From Patescibacteria group bacterium (GTDB lineage: Bacteria; Patescibacteriota; Patescibacteriia; UBA1558; UBA10009): a stretch of DNA of 64,000 bases. Under the pieces are notes generated by a model that searched no databases, was not told the DNA's origin, and was given only the letters and a program-made list of their open reading frames with translations. The DNA lies in NCBI GenBank assembly GCA_041662565.1, contig JBAZSE010000003.1, positions 108,636 through 172,635 of the forward strand. The letters are read 5' to 3'. The position numbers and the translations under genes are program-made. Shown here one piece after another: positions 10,059 to 20,435 of the stretch (its first letter is position 1; each line of letters starts with the position of its first letter).

Positions 10059-10370
10059 TTATAAACTCTCAAAAATATTTATAACTCTGGCTGCTTCAAT
10101 GTGAACTACTTCATCATCATATTCGGCATTATGGGCTTTAGCGCCCTGATAAATTGGTTTTTTTTGATCCAAATGCAAGCTGAAAACGTACGATTCATCG
10201 GTTTCCTGATTTAAGTAAATATGAAACCTGGGATAATGCTGGTTTAAAGATAAGCGCCTAACATAGCCAACCTTGCCGTTAAAACTATTATCTATCCCGA
10301 AGTAACCGCATTTTCTTAAGGCGTCCCGCAAATTATTCCGCAGTCCGTGTTTGCTGATTTTAAATACCAT
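10059..10370 (-). CDS. Hypothetical protein (HYPRFHIY, LHLDQKKP motifs)
   Basis: ORF co-oriented and tightly packed between rseP and proS. Confidence 0.8.
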   Translation of the reverse strand: MVFKISKHGLRNNLRDALRKCGYFGIDNSFNGKVGYVRRLSLNQHYPRFHIYLNQETDESYVFSLHLDQKKPIYQGAKAHNAEYDDEVVHIEAARVINIFESL

Positions 10371-10378
10371 GGCCGCAG

Positions 10379-11491
10379 TTAGAATAAATTCTTTATTTTA
10401 TCAACAAAACCGGTTAACATGTTTATATCACGGTAAGTGATTAAAACAATCAAAATCATTAAAACGCTAAAACCAAGATTATGGACGATGTTTTCCATAT
10501 TTTGATTATTGGGCTTGCGTCTAATTTTTTCTATGACGGCAAATAGGAAACGCCCGCCATCCAGCGCCGGAAAAGGAAAAAAATTAATCACCGCCAAATT
10601 CAAGGAAAGCATGGCGGCAAATTGCAAAACATAGCTAAAGCCCAAATTAACGGCTTGGCCGGTAAGCATAGCCACTCCCACTGGTCCGGATAATTCCGCG
10701 GACATACCGGAACCGATAAACAAACCCGCCAACAAACCGTAAAAAGCCATCACAATTCTGGCCAGTAAATTACCCGTTGAAAGCAAACCATGATACCAGC
10801 TGGCAAAAAAACCATAGCGCACCAGACCTGTCTGCAAAACATTAACGCCCAAAATTTTATTCTCGCCGGAATCTTTGGTTAAGGCCGGTTGCAGCTGCAA
10901 ATCCAACACATCTCCTGCCAGTTTTTGTATTTTAAGCGAGATTAGCTGATCCTGATGGTTTTTAATGTACTCGGAAAATTCATCTTGCCTAAAAAAATTA
11001 TTCCCGTCAACCCCTAAAATCACATCACCTTCAGTAAGAGATGCCGCCTGAGCGACTGATCCATCTTTAACGCCAACAATCCTTAATTGAACATTGCTGA
11101 CATTAGGACTGTTTAAATCTTCTGAAGCCAAGCCCGTAGGCAAGCCCACCATATAACCGATTGATAATAAAACATAAGCCAAAATAACATTCATAATAAC
11201 GCCAGCAGCCAAAACCAGACCTTTAACGTAAAACGGCTGATGCCCAAAGCTATCGGGTTCTTCGCGGAGTGAACCGTCTTCACCTTTAATCCTAACAAAG
11301 CCACCCAAGGGAATTAAATTAACGGAATACAAGGTTTCACCCTTTTTAATGCCAAATAACCGCGGAGGAAAACCCAAACCGAATTCTTCCACCTTAATCC
11401 CCGCTTTTCGAGCAGTTAAAAAATGACCCAGCTCATGAACAAAAACCAAAACACCTAAAATGAGAATAAAAATTATTATTGTAAATAGCAT
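10379..11491 (-). CDS. rseP: RIP metalloprotease RseP (M50, PDZ)
   Basis: HELGH, PLGGFV, NFFPFPALDGG. Confidence 0.96.
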   Translation of the reverse strand: MLFTIIIFILILGVLVFVHELGHFLTARKAGIKVEEFGLGFPPRLFGIKKGETLYSVNLIPLGGFVRIKGEDGSLREEPDSFGHQPFYVKGLVLAAGVIMNVILAYVLLSIGYMVGLPTGLASEDLNSPNVSNVQLRIVGVKDGSVAQAASLTEGDVILGVDGNNFFRQDEFSEYIKNHQDQLISLKIQKLAGDVLDLQLQPALTKDSGENKILGVNVLQTGLVRYGFFASWYHGLLSTGNLLARIVMAFYGLLAGLFIGSGMSAELSGPVGVAMLTGQAVNLGFSYVLQFAAMLSLNLAVINFFPFPALDGGRFLFAVIEKIRRKPNNQNMENIVHNLGFSVLMILIVLITYRDINMLTGFVDKIKNLF

Positions 11492-11524
11492 GTATTAAAT
11501 TAGTTATTGATTATGGCTTTAGGC

Positions 11525-12079
11525 CTAAATTTTCATAATCTCTTCTTCTTTTTTATCGCCTAATGACCTGATTTTTTCGTTATAGCTTTTTACCAATTCT
11601 TCCAATTCATCCAAATTCCTGAATTTTTCATCTTCCGTAATTTCTTTATCTTTTTCTTGAGCTAAAGTTTTTTCCTTAATTTTTTCTCGTACGCTTCTAA
11701 TGGCCACTTTGGCTTCTTCCAATCTGTGATGAAGTTTTTTAACCACTTCTTTGCGAGTTTCTTCGGTTAGAGAAGGAACGTTTAATATTACCACGCTTTC
11801 CCTAACCACCGGATTAATGCCCAAATCGGCTTTGATTAGGGCTTTTTCAATTTCTTTTAATAAAGCTTTATCCCAGGGCTGAATGGTTAAGGTTTTAGGA
11901 TCGGTAGCTGTGATGCTGGCCAAATGGGGCAAGGGAGTTAAAACGCTGTAAGCATCAACCAAAACATTTTCAACCAAGGATGGACTGGAACGGCCCAAGC
12001 GCAAAGTGCCAATTTCTTTATCCAAAAAAACCAAAATTTTATTAAATTCATCCTTATAGCTGTTAACAAAATCGCTCAT
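11525..12079 (-). CDS. frr: Ribosome recycling factor
   Basis: LRLGRSSP, IQPWDK, LTEETRK, AKVAIRSVR. Confidence 0.96.
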   Translation of the reverse strand: MSDFVNSYKDEFNKILVFLDKEIGTLRLGRSSPSLVENVLVDAYSVLTPLPHLASITATDPKTLTIQPWDKALLKEIEKALIKADLGINPVVRESVVILNVPSLTEETRKEVVKKLHHRLEEAKVAIRSVREKIKEKTLAQEKDKEITEDEKFRNLDELEELVKSYNEKIRSLGDKKEEEIMKI

Positions 12080-12114
12080 AAATTTAAGATTATAAAATAA
12101 AGTTTATCTAATGA

Positions 12115-13173
12115 TTATTTTGCCGTTGATTTAACTCCTAAATATAAAATTTTCGGATTTTGATAATCCAGCAGCATGAACTTGGGTGCGCGGGCCGTGG
12201 GAATGCTCCGGGTAATCCAATTTTTTCCGTTATCTTGGCTACGATACAAGGTTTTGGCCACGCCGTAAAAAATTTCCTGGCCGTTTTTTGGATTAATGCC
12301 AATGGAATAAATTTGGGAGGTTTTGGGCGGAGTTAGTAATTTTAATTCCTGCCAACTTGCCCCGCCGTCTGTTGAGCGAATTAAGCCGTAATCGGAAGCG
12401 TAAAGCAGGCCATCATCTGTTGTTGGATCAATAACCAAATCTCGATAAACAAATATGTCTCCGCTGTTTTTAAATTTTTCGGCTGTAAACAAATTATGCC
12501 AGGTTTTTCCCTGATCCGTTGATTTATACGTTCCCTTACTGGCTGTAACAACATAAATTATGTTGGAATTTTTTGGGCTGATTAAAATCTTAACTATCCG
12601 ATCATCAAAATAATCAACTACGTGCCAGGAAAAAGCCGCGTCTTCGCTAACAAACAGGCCTTTGCCTGAAGTGCCTGTATAAATTAGCCTGGAATTATTA
12701 GGATCAACGGCAATAGTGGTTATTTGATTATTAGGATTATCTCTGGTTTCAATAAGCTGATAATCCCAATGCCGGCTACAATCGGCTGTTTTATAAACCC
12801 GATTACCGATAGCCGTGTAAACTACGCAACGATCGGCATGGTCAATGGCAATGGCATTGATCTTACCCGATGTAGCCAATGACTGCTGCCAGCCATTGCC
12901 TCCATTATAGCTGTAAAACAAGCCGTCGGTTTCGGTGCCCACATAAATGGCCTGGCGATCGGTGGGATCCATGATCATGGCGCTAACATCCACTGTGCCG
13001 AAATTTTTAGCAACCTCGCCGACCCGATAAATGGCTGCTGTTTGCTGCCAATGATCGCCCGCGTCTTCAGTTTTAAAAACTCCGCCATCAACGGATTTTG
13101 TGGTTTTTATAGCAATAGCGCAACCGGTTAAAACCAAAATCATTAAAGGCAAAAGGTATAGGATTTTTTTCAT
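12115..13173 (-). CDS. Lipoprotein with BNR/Asp-box repeats (Ycf48/Vps10-like beta-propeller)
   Basis: Lipobox LTGC; repeated S/TxDxGxxW boxes. Confidence 0.85.
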   Translation of the reverse strand: MKKILYLLPLMILVLTGCAIAIKTTKSVDGGVFKTEDAGDHWQQTAAIYRVGEVAKNFGTVDVSAMIMDPTDRQAIYVGTETDGLFYSYNGGNGWQQSLATSGKINAIAIDHADRCVVYTAIGNRVYKTADCSRHWDYQLIETRDNPNNQITTIAVDPNNSRLIYTGTSGKGLFVSEDAAFSWHVVDYFDDRIVKILISPKNSNIIYVVTASKGTYKSTDQGKTWHNLFTAEKFKNSGDIFVYRDLVIDPTTDDGLLYASDYGLIRSTDGGASWQELKLLTPPKTSQIYSIGINPKNGQEIFYGVAKTLYRSQDNGKNWITRSIPTARAPKFMLLDYQNPKILYLGVKSTAK

Positions 13174-14093
13174 ATATTTATAAAGATATTTTCTAAAATC
13201 AGCCGCGGGCTGACATTAAAGGACAATTGTTCTTTTGATTTTTTTAATAAAGCCAATAAATCCAAAACTTTAGACACCCCCAAATTAGGCGGAGTAAAAC
13301 TTAAATGAGCTAAATGGCTTAACTGATAGTTGTTTAACAATAAAAACCTGAATAAAATTTCGGCTTGGGCAATTAATAAACGCGCCGATTCCAATTTAGC
13401 CGGTGCCTCTTCGTGCTTGGCTAAAAAACTTTCCAAATACCTAATTCGGCCGTTTAAATCCAAATTGAACATTTCACCCAAAGCCGTTTGCTGATCAAGA
13501 TATTCCTTTAACAAATCTTCGTCTTCGCACATTTGTACTGCCAAACCCGTTCGCCCCCCGCTTAAGCCGATAATTTGTTTGGCTTTAGCAGGATCTCCGG
13601 TTTTTTGAACGATGAATTTATAAAGATCCGGCAATGGTAATGGCGCAAATTTTATCAACTGGCTTCTGGAAGCAATAGTGCTAAGTAAAGCTTGGCGATC
13701 GGAAGTTAAAATGATGATAACTGTTTTAGACGTTGGCTCTTCCAAGGTTTTTAACAAAGCGCTTGAGGATTCGTTATTAAGCCGTTCAGCTTCGTAAATT
13801 ATGCCGACTTTAATAGCATCATTAAATCCTTTTAACGTAAGCGATCTACGCCAATCCCTTACCTGCTCTATGCTGATATCTTTTTTATCGGGCAAGCACT
13901 CCAGCTTATAAAAATCCACGGCTTGCATCAGGCCTTGCCCCAGCAAGCGTTCGGCAAAGGCCTCGGCTACCTTAGTTTTGCCTAAATTTGGCGGACCGTA
14001 AAATAAATAGGCCTGGGCCAATTTATGGCTATCCAAGCTTTGCTGTAAAAATTTGATTATTTGATTGTGCCCGGTAACTCCCCAATTATCCAT
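13170..14093 (-). CDS. holB: DNA polymerase III delta' subunit
   Basis: AYLFYGPPNLGK, ALLKTLEEP, TIASR. Confidence 0.88.
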   Translation of the reverse strand: MDNWGVTGHNQIIKFLQQSLDSHKLAQAYLFYGPPNLGKTKVAEAFAERLLGQGLMQAVDFYKLECLPDKKDISIEQVRDWRRSLTLKGFNDAIKVGIIYEAERLNNESSSALLKTLEEPTSKTVIIILTSDRQALLSTIASRSQLIKFAPLPLPDLYKFIVQKTGDPAKAKQIIGLSGGRTGLAVQMCEDEDLLKEYLDQQTALGEMFNLDLNGRIRYLESFLAKHEEAPAKLESARLLIAQAEILFRFLLLNNYQLSHLAHLSFTPPNLGVSKVLDLLALLKKSKEQLSFNVSPRLILENIFINI

Positions 14094-14104
14094 AAATCGT
14101 TTAA

Positions 14105-14134
14105 ATTATAGCAATTTTAAAGGTTTTTTGTCAA
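14105..14134 (-). promoter_or_regulatory. Sigma70 promoter upstream of holB
   Basis: TTGACA-18nt-TATAAT, 11 nt before the ATG. Confidence 0.65.
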
Positions 14135-14146
14135 TCAAAATACAAA

Positions 14147-14569
14147 CTATTGTTTAGCTTGTTTATCCAGCTCTAAATTAACCATTTTGTCCGCTGCTTT
14201 GTTTTGCTCTCTGGGAATATGGGTATAAGTAATTTTTTTAAAAGTTTTGCTTAAATTCCAGGCCTTTAAAAATAAAACTTGTAGCCCGGCCTCTTTGACT
14301 TTGTATTCCAAACTTAATTGCTTAACCACTAATAAGCTATCCAAATAAAAATCTATTTCCAAAACTCCCAATTTTTGAGCTTCGGCAAAAGCCAATAAAA
14401 CTCCTTCATACTCGGCCTGATTATTGGTAGCTACGCCCAAATATTTGGAATGTTGGCTAATAACTTTTCCTGTCTCATCTTTGATAACCACTCCACAAGC
14501 GGCCGGCCCTGGATTGCCGCGAGCTCCGCCATCAGTATAGATTTTAAGTTTTGCGTATTTAATATTCAT
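14147..14569 (-). CDS. rnhA: Ribonuclease HI family protein
   Basis: YTDGGARGNPGP, TNNQAEY, DSLLVV, HIPREQNKAAD. Confidence 0.93.
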   Translation of the reverse strand: MNIKYAKLKIYTDGGARGNPGPAACGVVIKDETGKVISQHSKYLGVATNNQAEYEGVLLAFAEAQKLGVLEIDFYLDSLLVVKQLSLEYKVKEAGLQVLFLKAWNLSKTFKKITYTHIPREQNKAADKMVNLELDKQAKQ

Positions 14570-14593
14570 AAAAAATTAATCAAATGAAACATA

Positions 14594-16306
14594 TTACATA
14601 GATATTTTTATATCAAGCAATGAAAGCTGTATCTCCCTATTGCCGTTCCATTCATTAATACTAAGCTCACAAACAATATCGACTTTTTCTCCGGGCTTAA
14701 TTTGTTTGGCAATTAAGCCAAAGCCAAAGCAGATAATTTTCCTTTTGATTTGGCCATCTGATACCAACATCCGTAAATGGCTTTTATCCGAGCCGATAAT
14801 TTCGGCGGAAATAACGGTTAAATTTTTGATTAAAAACCTGGGTTTAAAATTACTCTCGCCGTAGGGGCTAAAAGCTTCCAAAAATTCCACCAATTGCCAG
14901 TCGGCTTGCGCCAAAGTAATTTCTTGATCAATTAAAATTGATGGAACAAAGGTGAAACCGGCTAATTTTTCCGCGCCGTAAGCCAAAAATTTTTCCTTAA
15001 AATCAGCCAGTTGATCTTTGCTCATGCTGAATCCGGCCGCACCACTATGCCCGCCATAACGCAAAAAATATTGGCTAAACTTATCCATGCCTTCGATTAA
15101 ATCAAACTCCTTAATACTCCGGCCCGAAGCCACATAGCGATTGCCGTCATCGGATAGCACAAAAGATGGCCTGGCAAAATCCTGAGTTAGCTTGGAGGCC
15201 ACCAGCCCGATTAAACCGGGATTCCAATTCTCTCCAACCGCAAACAAAATCGGTTTATCAGCGCCAACCTCCCCTAACTGCTCTTTGGCCTCATTAACCA
15301 GCTTTTCGGTTAATGATTGGCGTTCCAGATTTCGCTTATTTAATTGAGTGGCTATGGTAATAGCTTCTTCAATATTTTCGGTAGTAACCAGCTGATAGGC
15401 ATTGTTAGCATGGCTCATGCGGCCGGCAGCATTGATTCTGGGCGCAATTTGAAAACTAATGGAATGGGTATCCAATTTTTCACGGTTAACTGTGGCTACC
15501 TGCATCAGCTTATCCAAGCCCAAATTTTTGGTTTTAGCCAAAACAATCAAACCGTATTTAACCAATGTCCTGTTTTCTCCCAGCAAAGGCACCATATCCG
15601 CTACCGTACTAATGGCAACCAAATCCAAAAGCCATTTGGCAAAACTCTCACCTTCCGAAGCGTTAAAACCGGACCTGGTATCCAAAATTAATCCTTGAGC
15701 CAGTTTAAAAGCCACACCGCCACCGGATAATTTTTTAAAAGGATAAGTTTTATCCCAAGCGGGATGAATAATGGCCAAGGCCTCAGGCGTTTGCTCGGGC
15801 ACATGGTGATGATCCGTTAAAATAACATCAACGCCCAAGCTATTGGCCAGCGCCACTTCCGCGTTATTAGAAATCCCACAGTCAACGGTAATTATCAGCT
15901 TAACTCCTTGATCAGCTAACTCGCCAACCGCTTTATTATTTAAACCATAGCCGTCTTTTTCCCGATCAGGCAGATAGGTGACAAAATCAAAATTTAATTT
16001 GGTAAAAATTTTATGCAAAATAGCCGAACCGCAAACGCCATCGGCATCATAATCCCCGTAAATGGCGATTTTTTCCTTTTTATCCCGTGCTTGATATAAT
16101 CTTTCAACCGCTTGCTTCATTTGGCTGAATAAGAAAGGATCATGGATATCCTGCGAATAATCGGGATGCAAAAACTCATCAATGTTGGCTTGAGTGGTTA
16201 AACCGCGATCAAAAAGCAATTGCAAAATTGAAAGAGGCACCTCGGGAAACTGCTGTTTTGCCGACTCATTAATCGCCTCTTTTAAAATCCATTTATACTT
16301 ATTCAT
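14594..16306 (-). CDS. recJ: Single-stranded DNA exonuclease RecJ
   Basis: GDYDADG, TVDCG, TDHH, PRINAAGR, GGHSGAAG; promoter position favours the second ATG (16306) over 16312. Confidence 0.96.
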   Translation of the reverse strand: MNKYKWILKEAINESAKQQFPEVPLSILQLLFDRGLTTQANIDEFLHPDYSQDIHDPFLFSQMKQAVERLYQARDKKEKIAIYGDYDADGVCGSAILHKIFTKLNFDFVTYLPDREKDGYGLNNKAVGELADQGVKLIITVDCGISNNAEVALANSLGVDVILTDHHHVPEQTPEALAIIHPAWDKTYPFKKLSGGGVAFKLAQGLILDTRSGFNASEGESFAKWLLDLVAISTVADMVPLLGENRTLVKYGLIVLAKTKNLGLDKLMQVATVNREKLDTHSISFQIAPRINAAGRMSHANNAYQLVTTENIEEAITIATQLNKRNLERQSLTEKLVNEAKEQLGEVGADKPILFAVGENWNPGLIGLVASKLTQDFARPSFVLSDDGNRYVASGRSIKEFDLIEGMDKFSQYFLRYGGHSGAAGFSMSKDQLADFKEKFLAYGAEKLAGFTFVPSILIDQEITLAQADWQLVEFLEAFSPYGESNFKPRFLIKNLTVISAEIIGSDKSHLRMLVSDGQIKRKIICFGFGLIAKQIKPGEKVDIVCELSINEWNGNREIQLSLLDIKISM

Positions 16307-16345
16307 ACTCATCTATAATACACATTTACGGTGTTTTTGACAACC

Positions 16346-16385
16346 AAAAAAACCGTGCATGCATCTGGCAATAAACACGGTTTTT
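16346..16385. terminator. Hairpin with flanking A/T tracts (intrinsic terminator)
   Basis: AAAAAACCGTG...CACGGTTTTT. Confidence 0.6.
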
Positions 16386-17662
16386 TACTTCTTTTTCATC
16401 ATTTCCTTTAAATTGATGACATTGTTGGGCAAATCTTGCTTTTTAACTTCAGGTCTTACTGACAATGGTTTAACGAGGCCAACTGGGGTTTGATTTTTTG
16501 GCCGAGGCGCAAGAGAAACAAAACTTTTTTCTGGCATCAAAGAGTTTAGCTCACTTGGTTCTTTATCTTTGTATTTTAAATATAAAGCTACTAAAACCGC
16601 AATTGCCGAAAATATCGCTACTAAAAGCCATAGCCAAAAATTATTCGGGCTAAAAAAACTTTTGCCTTGGCCCGAAACCTTTTCCACCATATCATCCAAT
16701 TTAGCTAAAGGTTGATCGTTAATCTTATCCGCGGCCGCTTCGCTGGCAGTTAGATTATTAAGCTGATTCTGTAAATCCTGCAAACTTTGCTCGCTGCCGG
16801 GATTTTGCCCTGCGGCCGCGGCCTCATTATCTGTAGAATTTCCTTGATTGGGTTGGTTAGAATTAGCAACCGGCGGCTGAAAAATATTCCTTTCTTTTTC
16901 TTGAATGGTTTTTGAAGAATCCAAGGGATAAAAATCCTGCGGGTCATTGGTGCCATCGCCATCGGTATCTTTACGCAACGGATCTGTTCCCTTGGCTTTT
17001 TCCTGCTCATCAGACCAGCCGTCATTATCATCATCAACATCGGCATTATTGCCGATCCCATCATTATCACTATCCAACCACTCTTTGGAATCTAAAGGAA
17101 AAACATCCGCCTTATCGTTATAACTGTCACCGTCGGTATCGGCTTTTAAAGGATTGGTGCCCAGCTTGGCTTCATCAACATCGCTAACACCATCATTGTC
17201 ATCATCGGCGTCCAAACGGTCAACAGTATTATCGCCATCAGTATCTTTATCGGGTACGATTAATTTTGTTTGATTGGAATCATTGGCCGCATTCTGGTCT
17301 GCAGGTTCCGCGCCACCTATTTTGGCCTGAATGTTAAACGAATCATCCGGTACGGTAAAATCCACAAAAACATCAGCATAGCCCGTTGGCCTAACCGAAA
17401 TGGACCTGGAATTGCCGATTAAAGTATTGCCTCTTAAAAAAGAAACATAAGCAGTCATGTCTTTATTGCCCACGTTCCTAACTCGGGCGTAAATGCGCAC
17501 ACTTTGTCCGCTGATTAAAACAGTGTTAGAAAATTCCAAATCTTCAGCCGAAAGAGACAAATCATAATCGTACTTGGCGGCTTGAATTTTACTTGTTGCA
17601 AAAAAACCCAAAGTTAAAAAAATAAAACCAGCCAGCAGAATAAAATATTTTTTATTGAACAT
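16385..17662 (-). CDS. Surface protein: signal/TM, CARDB/Ig-like domain, thrombospondin type-3-like Ca-binding repeats, C-terminal TM
   Basis: VRNVGN (CARDB-like), repeated DTDGDG/DDDNDG/GTDPL/DVFPLD, hydrophobic WLWLLVAIFSAIAVLVALYL. Confidence 0.8.
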   Translation of the reverse strand: MFNKKYFILLAGFIFLTLGFFATSKIQAAKYDYDLSLSAEDLEFSNTVLISGQSVRIYARVRNVGNKDMTAYVSFLRGNTLIGNSRSISVRPTGYADVFVDFTVPDDSFNIQAKIGGAEPADQNAANDSNQTKLIVPDKDTDGDNTVDRLDADDDNDGVSDVDEAKLGTNPLKADTDGDSYNDKADVFPLDSKEWLDSDNDGIGNNADVDDDNDGWSDEQEKAKGTDPLRKDTDGDGTNDPQDFYPLDSSKTIQEKERNIFQPPVANSNQPNQGNSTDNEAAAAGQNPGSEQSLQDLQNQLNNLTASEAAADKINDQPLAKLDDMVEKVSGQGKSFFSPNNFWLWLLVAIFSAIAVLVALYLKYKDKEPSELNSLMPEKSFVSLAPRPKNQTPVGLVKPLSVRPEVKKQDLPNNVINLKEMMKKK

Positions 17663-18644
17663 AATTCAAATCTTTAGCTTCTTTTAAAGTCAACAAACCG
17701 TTTTGCGCGCCGATTTTTCGGACCACGAAATTGCTCCTAATAATAGCCAAATGCAAGGATTTTTCCACATCACCTTGATAAAGAATTAAACCGCCAATCA
17801 AGCTGGATCCAAAGGCGTCACCGGCGCCGGTGGTATTAACGGCTTTAAAAGGCAGGGCTTTTTTAAAATAAACTTGTTTTTGGGAGTAAACATATGCTCC
17901 TCTGGGCCCATCGGAAATACTAACAATACTGGGCCCGAGTGAAGCCAAGATTTCCAAAAGTTCGGGCACTTTAGAAACTTTTTTGCCAAAACTAGAAACC
18001 AATTCCATGGCTTCCTGTTTATTTAAAATTAAAACATCGCATTTCCGCAGATATTTTTTTAACCATTGGTATCCTTTGGCTAATTGAATCCCGCCGGGAT
18101 TCCAAGCAACTTTAATTTTTCTTTTTTCGGCCGAATCAAAAATTATCTGCAAATTATCCTGCCAAAATTCGCCAGACAAGGAAGTAACATAATACCACTG
18201 TGTTTTAAATGATAACAGATTGCTTATCGATAGTTGAAATCGGTCATTGGCGGCGCGATGAGTAAAAATAACATGATCATTGCCTTGGCCGGCCGTAATA
18301 ACAAATGATAAACCGGTCCAATAATGAGCAATTTGCTGCAAACCCTTAACATTTATGCCTTCTTTTTTAAAATGCTGGATAATTTTTAAGGAAGAAGGAT
18401 CAGCTCCAAGAGCGCCAACTAAAGCAACTTTTAGATCCAATCGGGCAAAACCAACAGCACTGTTTCCTCCTCCACCGCCAAAAGTGTAAACAACTTCTTT
18501 ATCGCTAACAATTTTATCACCGGCTTCAAAAGCAAACAGCTTGTTCGCTCCACCTGTTTGAGGATTTTTTAAAACCTGAAGATCATCCGTGTGGAACATG
18601 ATATCTTCGGTAATTCCGCCAATTGAGATAACATCGTATTTCAT
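17652..18644 (-). CDS. PfkB family carbohydrate kinase
   Basis: GGGGGNSAVGFARL, NTTGAGDAFGS. Confidence 0.92.
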   Translation of the reverse strand: MKYDVISIGGITEDIMFHTDDLQVLKNPQTGGANKLFAFEAGDKIVSDKEVVYTFGGGGGNSAVGFARLDLKVALVGALGADPSSLKIIQHFKKEGINVKGLQQIAHYWTGLSFVITAGQGNDHVIFTHRAANDRFQLSISNLLSFKTQWYYVTSLSGEFWQDNLQIIFDSAEKRKIKVAWNPGGIQLAKGYQWLKKYLRKCDVLILNKQEAMELVSSFGKKVSKVPELLEILASLGPSIVSISDGPRGAYVYSQKQVYFKKALPFKAVNTTGAGDAFGSSLIGGLILYQGDVEKSLHLAIIRSNFVVRKIGAQNGLLTLKEAKDLNYVQ

Positions 18645-18652
18645 AAATACTG

Positions 18653-18773
18653 TGTCATTCCGACCGAGCGCAGGCCAGCTGAGCTGGTCGAAGCGAGCAG
18701 AGGAATCCCTTATACCTTAGCTTAACCGATAAGGGATTTCTCGACTCGCCCTGCGGACTTGCTCGAAATGACA
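18653..18773. repeat. Palindromic intergenic element (GTCATT...AATGAC family)
   Basis: TGTCATTCCGA...TCGAAATGACA ends; internal ATCCCTTAT/ATAAGGGAT stem. Confidence 0.75.
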
Positions 18774-18779
18774 ATAAAA

Positions 18780-20384
18780 TTATTCTTTTGAATACATTTC
18801 ATCTTTCTTTTCTTTCAAAAAAGCGATCCATTCTTCAATAACTTCCAAAAATATCTTTAATGGCGCTTCAATGATGAAATCCAAGATAAAAACAAAAACG
18901 TTGATTTTGGAAAACTTTTCCGAAAGCCAATGACCGGCTTTTAAAAAAGGCAAAGCAAAAAGGTTGACCAAAAAAACCAAAGGATTTTCTTTTTTATCAA
19001 TGACGGTTAAATCCTTAACTTTCATTCTCATTTTAATGCCAAAAAAGCTGACTAATGATAAAAACAACAAAAAGATCAGCTTACTAAAAATATTAAATTT
19101 CAATAAATTCAACAAATACAACAAAACGCTAAATGACAAATAAAATAAAGCCAAATAAAGAGCGTAAAATACAATTACAAAAAATTTACTTCGCTTGATT
19201 ACCCCGCCAATGGTAGTTTTAACCGATGTTGCCAAGGGCTGTTCCACCACTTCCTGAGCCAAAGCCACTACCCGATTGGTATTTTTTTTGGAAGGAATCC
19301 TGATAAATATTCCCAGCAAAAAAATCAAAAAAGGCGGGAACAGGGCGTTAATGGCCAAAGGCAAATACATAACTTTATGGGCAATGTAATAATCATAAGG
19401 AAATTCCAAGATCAAAGCCAAAACCATTTTAGTTAAAAACAGATAAATTACCACCCGCACAATGCTGCGCCTAAGCTTTGTCCTGGTGTTTTTATACATT
19501 TTATCGCAAGCGGAACGAATGGCCAGCTCCAGTTGAGCGGGATTTTTAAACAACCGATCCGCGTCATCAGGATTTTCGGAAATAATATCCCGCAGGACAT
19601 AAAAAACAAAAGCGGATTTTTTAAAGAAACGATAAAGCTTTTCGGCCAAATAATATTTTCTTCTTTTTTCAATTTCCTTCTTTAAATTGTTGATTTTTTT
19701 GGCTACCGGCAATAAATCAACGGGCTGAACGTTTTTCCAATCGGGATAAAAATAACGCAACAACTTATAATCCATCATTACTTCGTCGGATTTTACCAAG
19801 GCCCGATAAATTGCCAGATAAATATACAAATCCTTTTCCAAATCGCTTGAGCTAGGATCATTAATTGCCACTACCGGGCGCATCACCTTAAACATGTACT
19901 CGACCAATGCCTGATTGGCCAGCGGTGGCATTAAGCATTCTTCAATTTCGCAAGAACAAAGCCCGAGTAGCCATTTAAACAATTTAGCCCCGTTATCACT
20001 GCTTTTTTTGGAACCGCTTAAATTATACAGGGTTAAATATTTGGTAATGATCTTATCAACTTCTTCGGTTTTGCTAAAAGGAATAAGATTGTTTTCCAAA
20101 TAACCGGCACGGATCAGTTCTTTAACCAGGCCAAGCGATAAATCTTCAGTCGTTACCTTAATCATCAAGCGCCTTTGCAAAATCCTAAAGATCGCCGCCT
20201 TTCTCATTAAGTGATCCTCTTTATAATCAATGGCGTTGCGGATTTTCTCGTAAATAAAAGCAACCCTAGAGACAAAACTGTCTACTTGGATTCTGGAGAT
20301 TTCTTCTGTTGAGGAGTAAAAAACTTTCGGATCGGACCGTTTAATTTGCTCAATAAACCTTCTGGCTGATGAAGTTATGGGCAT
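18780..20384 (-). CDS. Hypothetical protein, helical N-domain and about 4 C-terminal TM helices
   Basis: Long ORF; start moved to ATG 20384 (MPITSS) because TTGCCA-17-TATAAT overlaps the track's start. Confidence 0.82.
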   Translation of the reverse strand: MPITSSARRFIEQIKRSDPKVFYSSTEEISRIQVDSFVSRVAFIYEKIRNAIDYKEDHLMRKAAIFRILQRRLMIKVTTEDLSLGLVKELIRAGYLENNLIPFSKTEEVDKIITKYLTLYNLSGSKKSSDNGAKLFKWLLGLCSCEIEECLMPPLANQALVEYMFKVMRPVVAINDPSSSDLEKDLYIYLAIYRALVKSDEVMMDYKLLRYFYPDWKNVQPVDLLPVAKKINNLKKEIEKRRKYYLAEKLYRFFKKSAFVFYVLRDIISENPDDADRLFKNPAQLELAIRSACDKMYKNTRTKLRRSIVRVVIYLFLTKMVLALILEFPYDYYIAHKVMYLPLAINALFPPFLIFLLGIFIRIPSKKNTNRVVALAQEVVEQPLATSVKTTIGGVIKRSKFFVIVFYALYLALFYLSFSVLLYLLNLLKFNIFSKLIFLLFLSLVSFFGIKMRMKVKDLTVIDKKENPLVFLVNLFALPFLKAGHWLSEKFSKINVFVFILDFIIEAPLKIFLEVIEEWIAFLKEKKDEMYSKE

Positions 20385-20435
20385 AATATTATGTTCTACA
20401 TTATACAACAAATATCACGATTTGGCAAAAATAAT

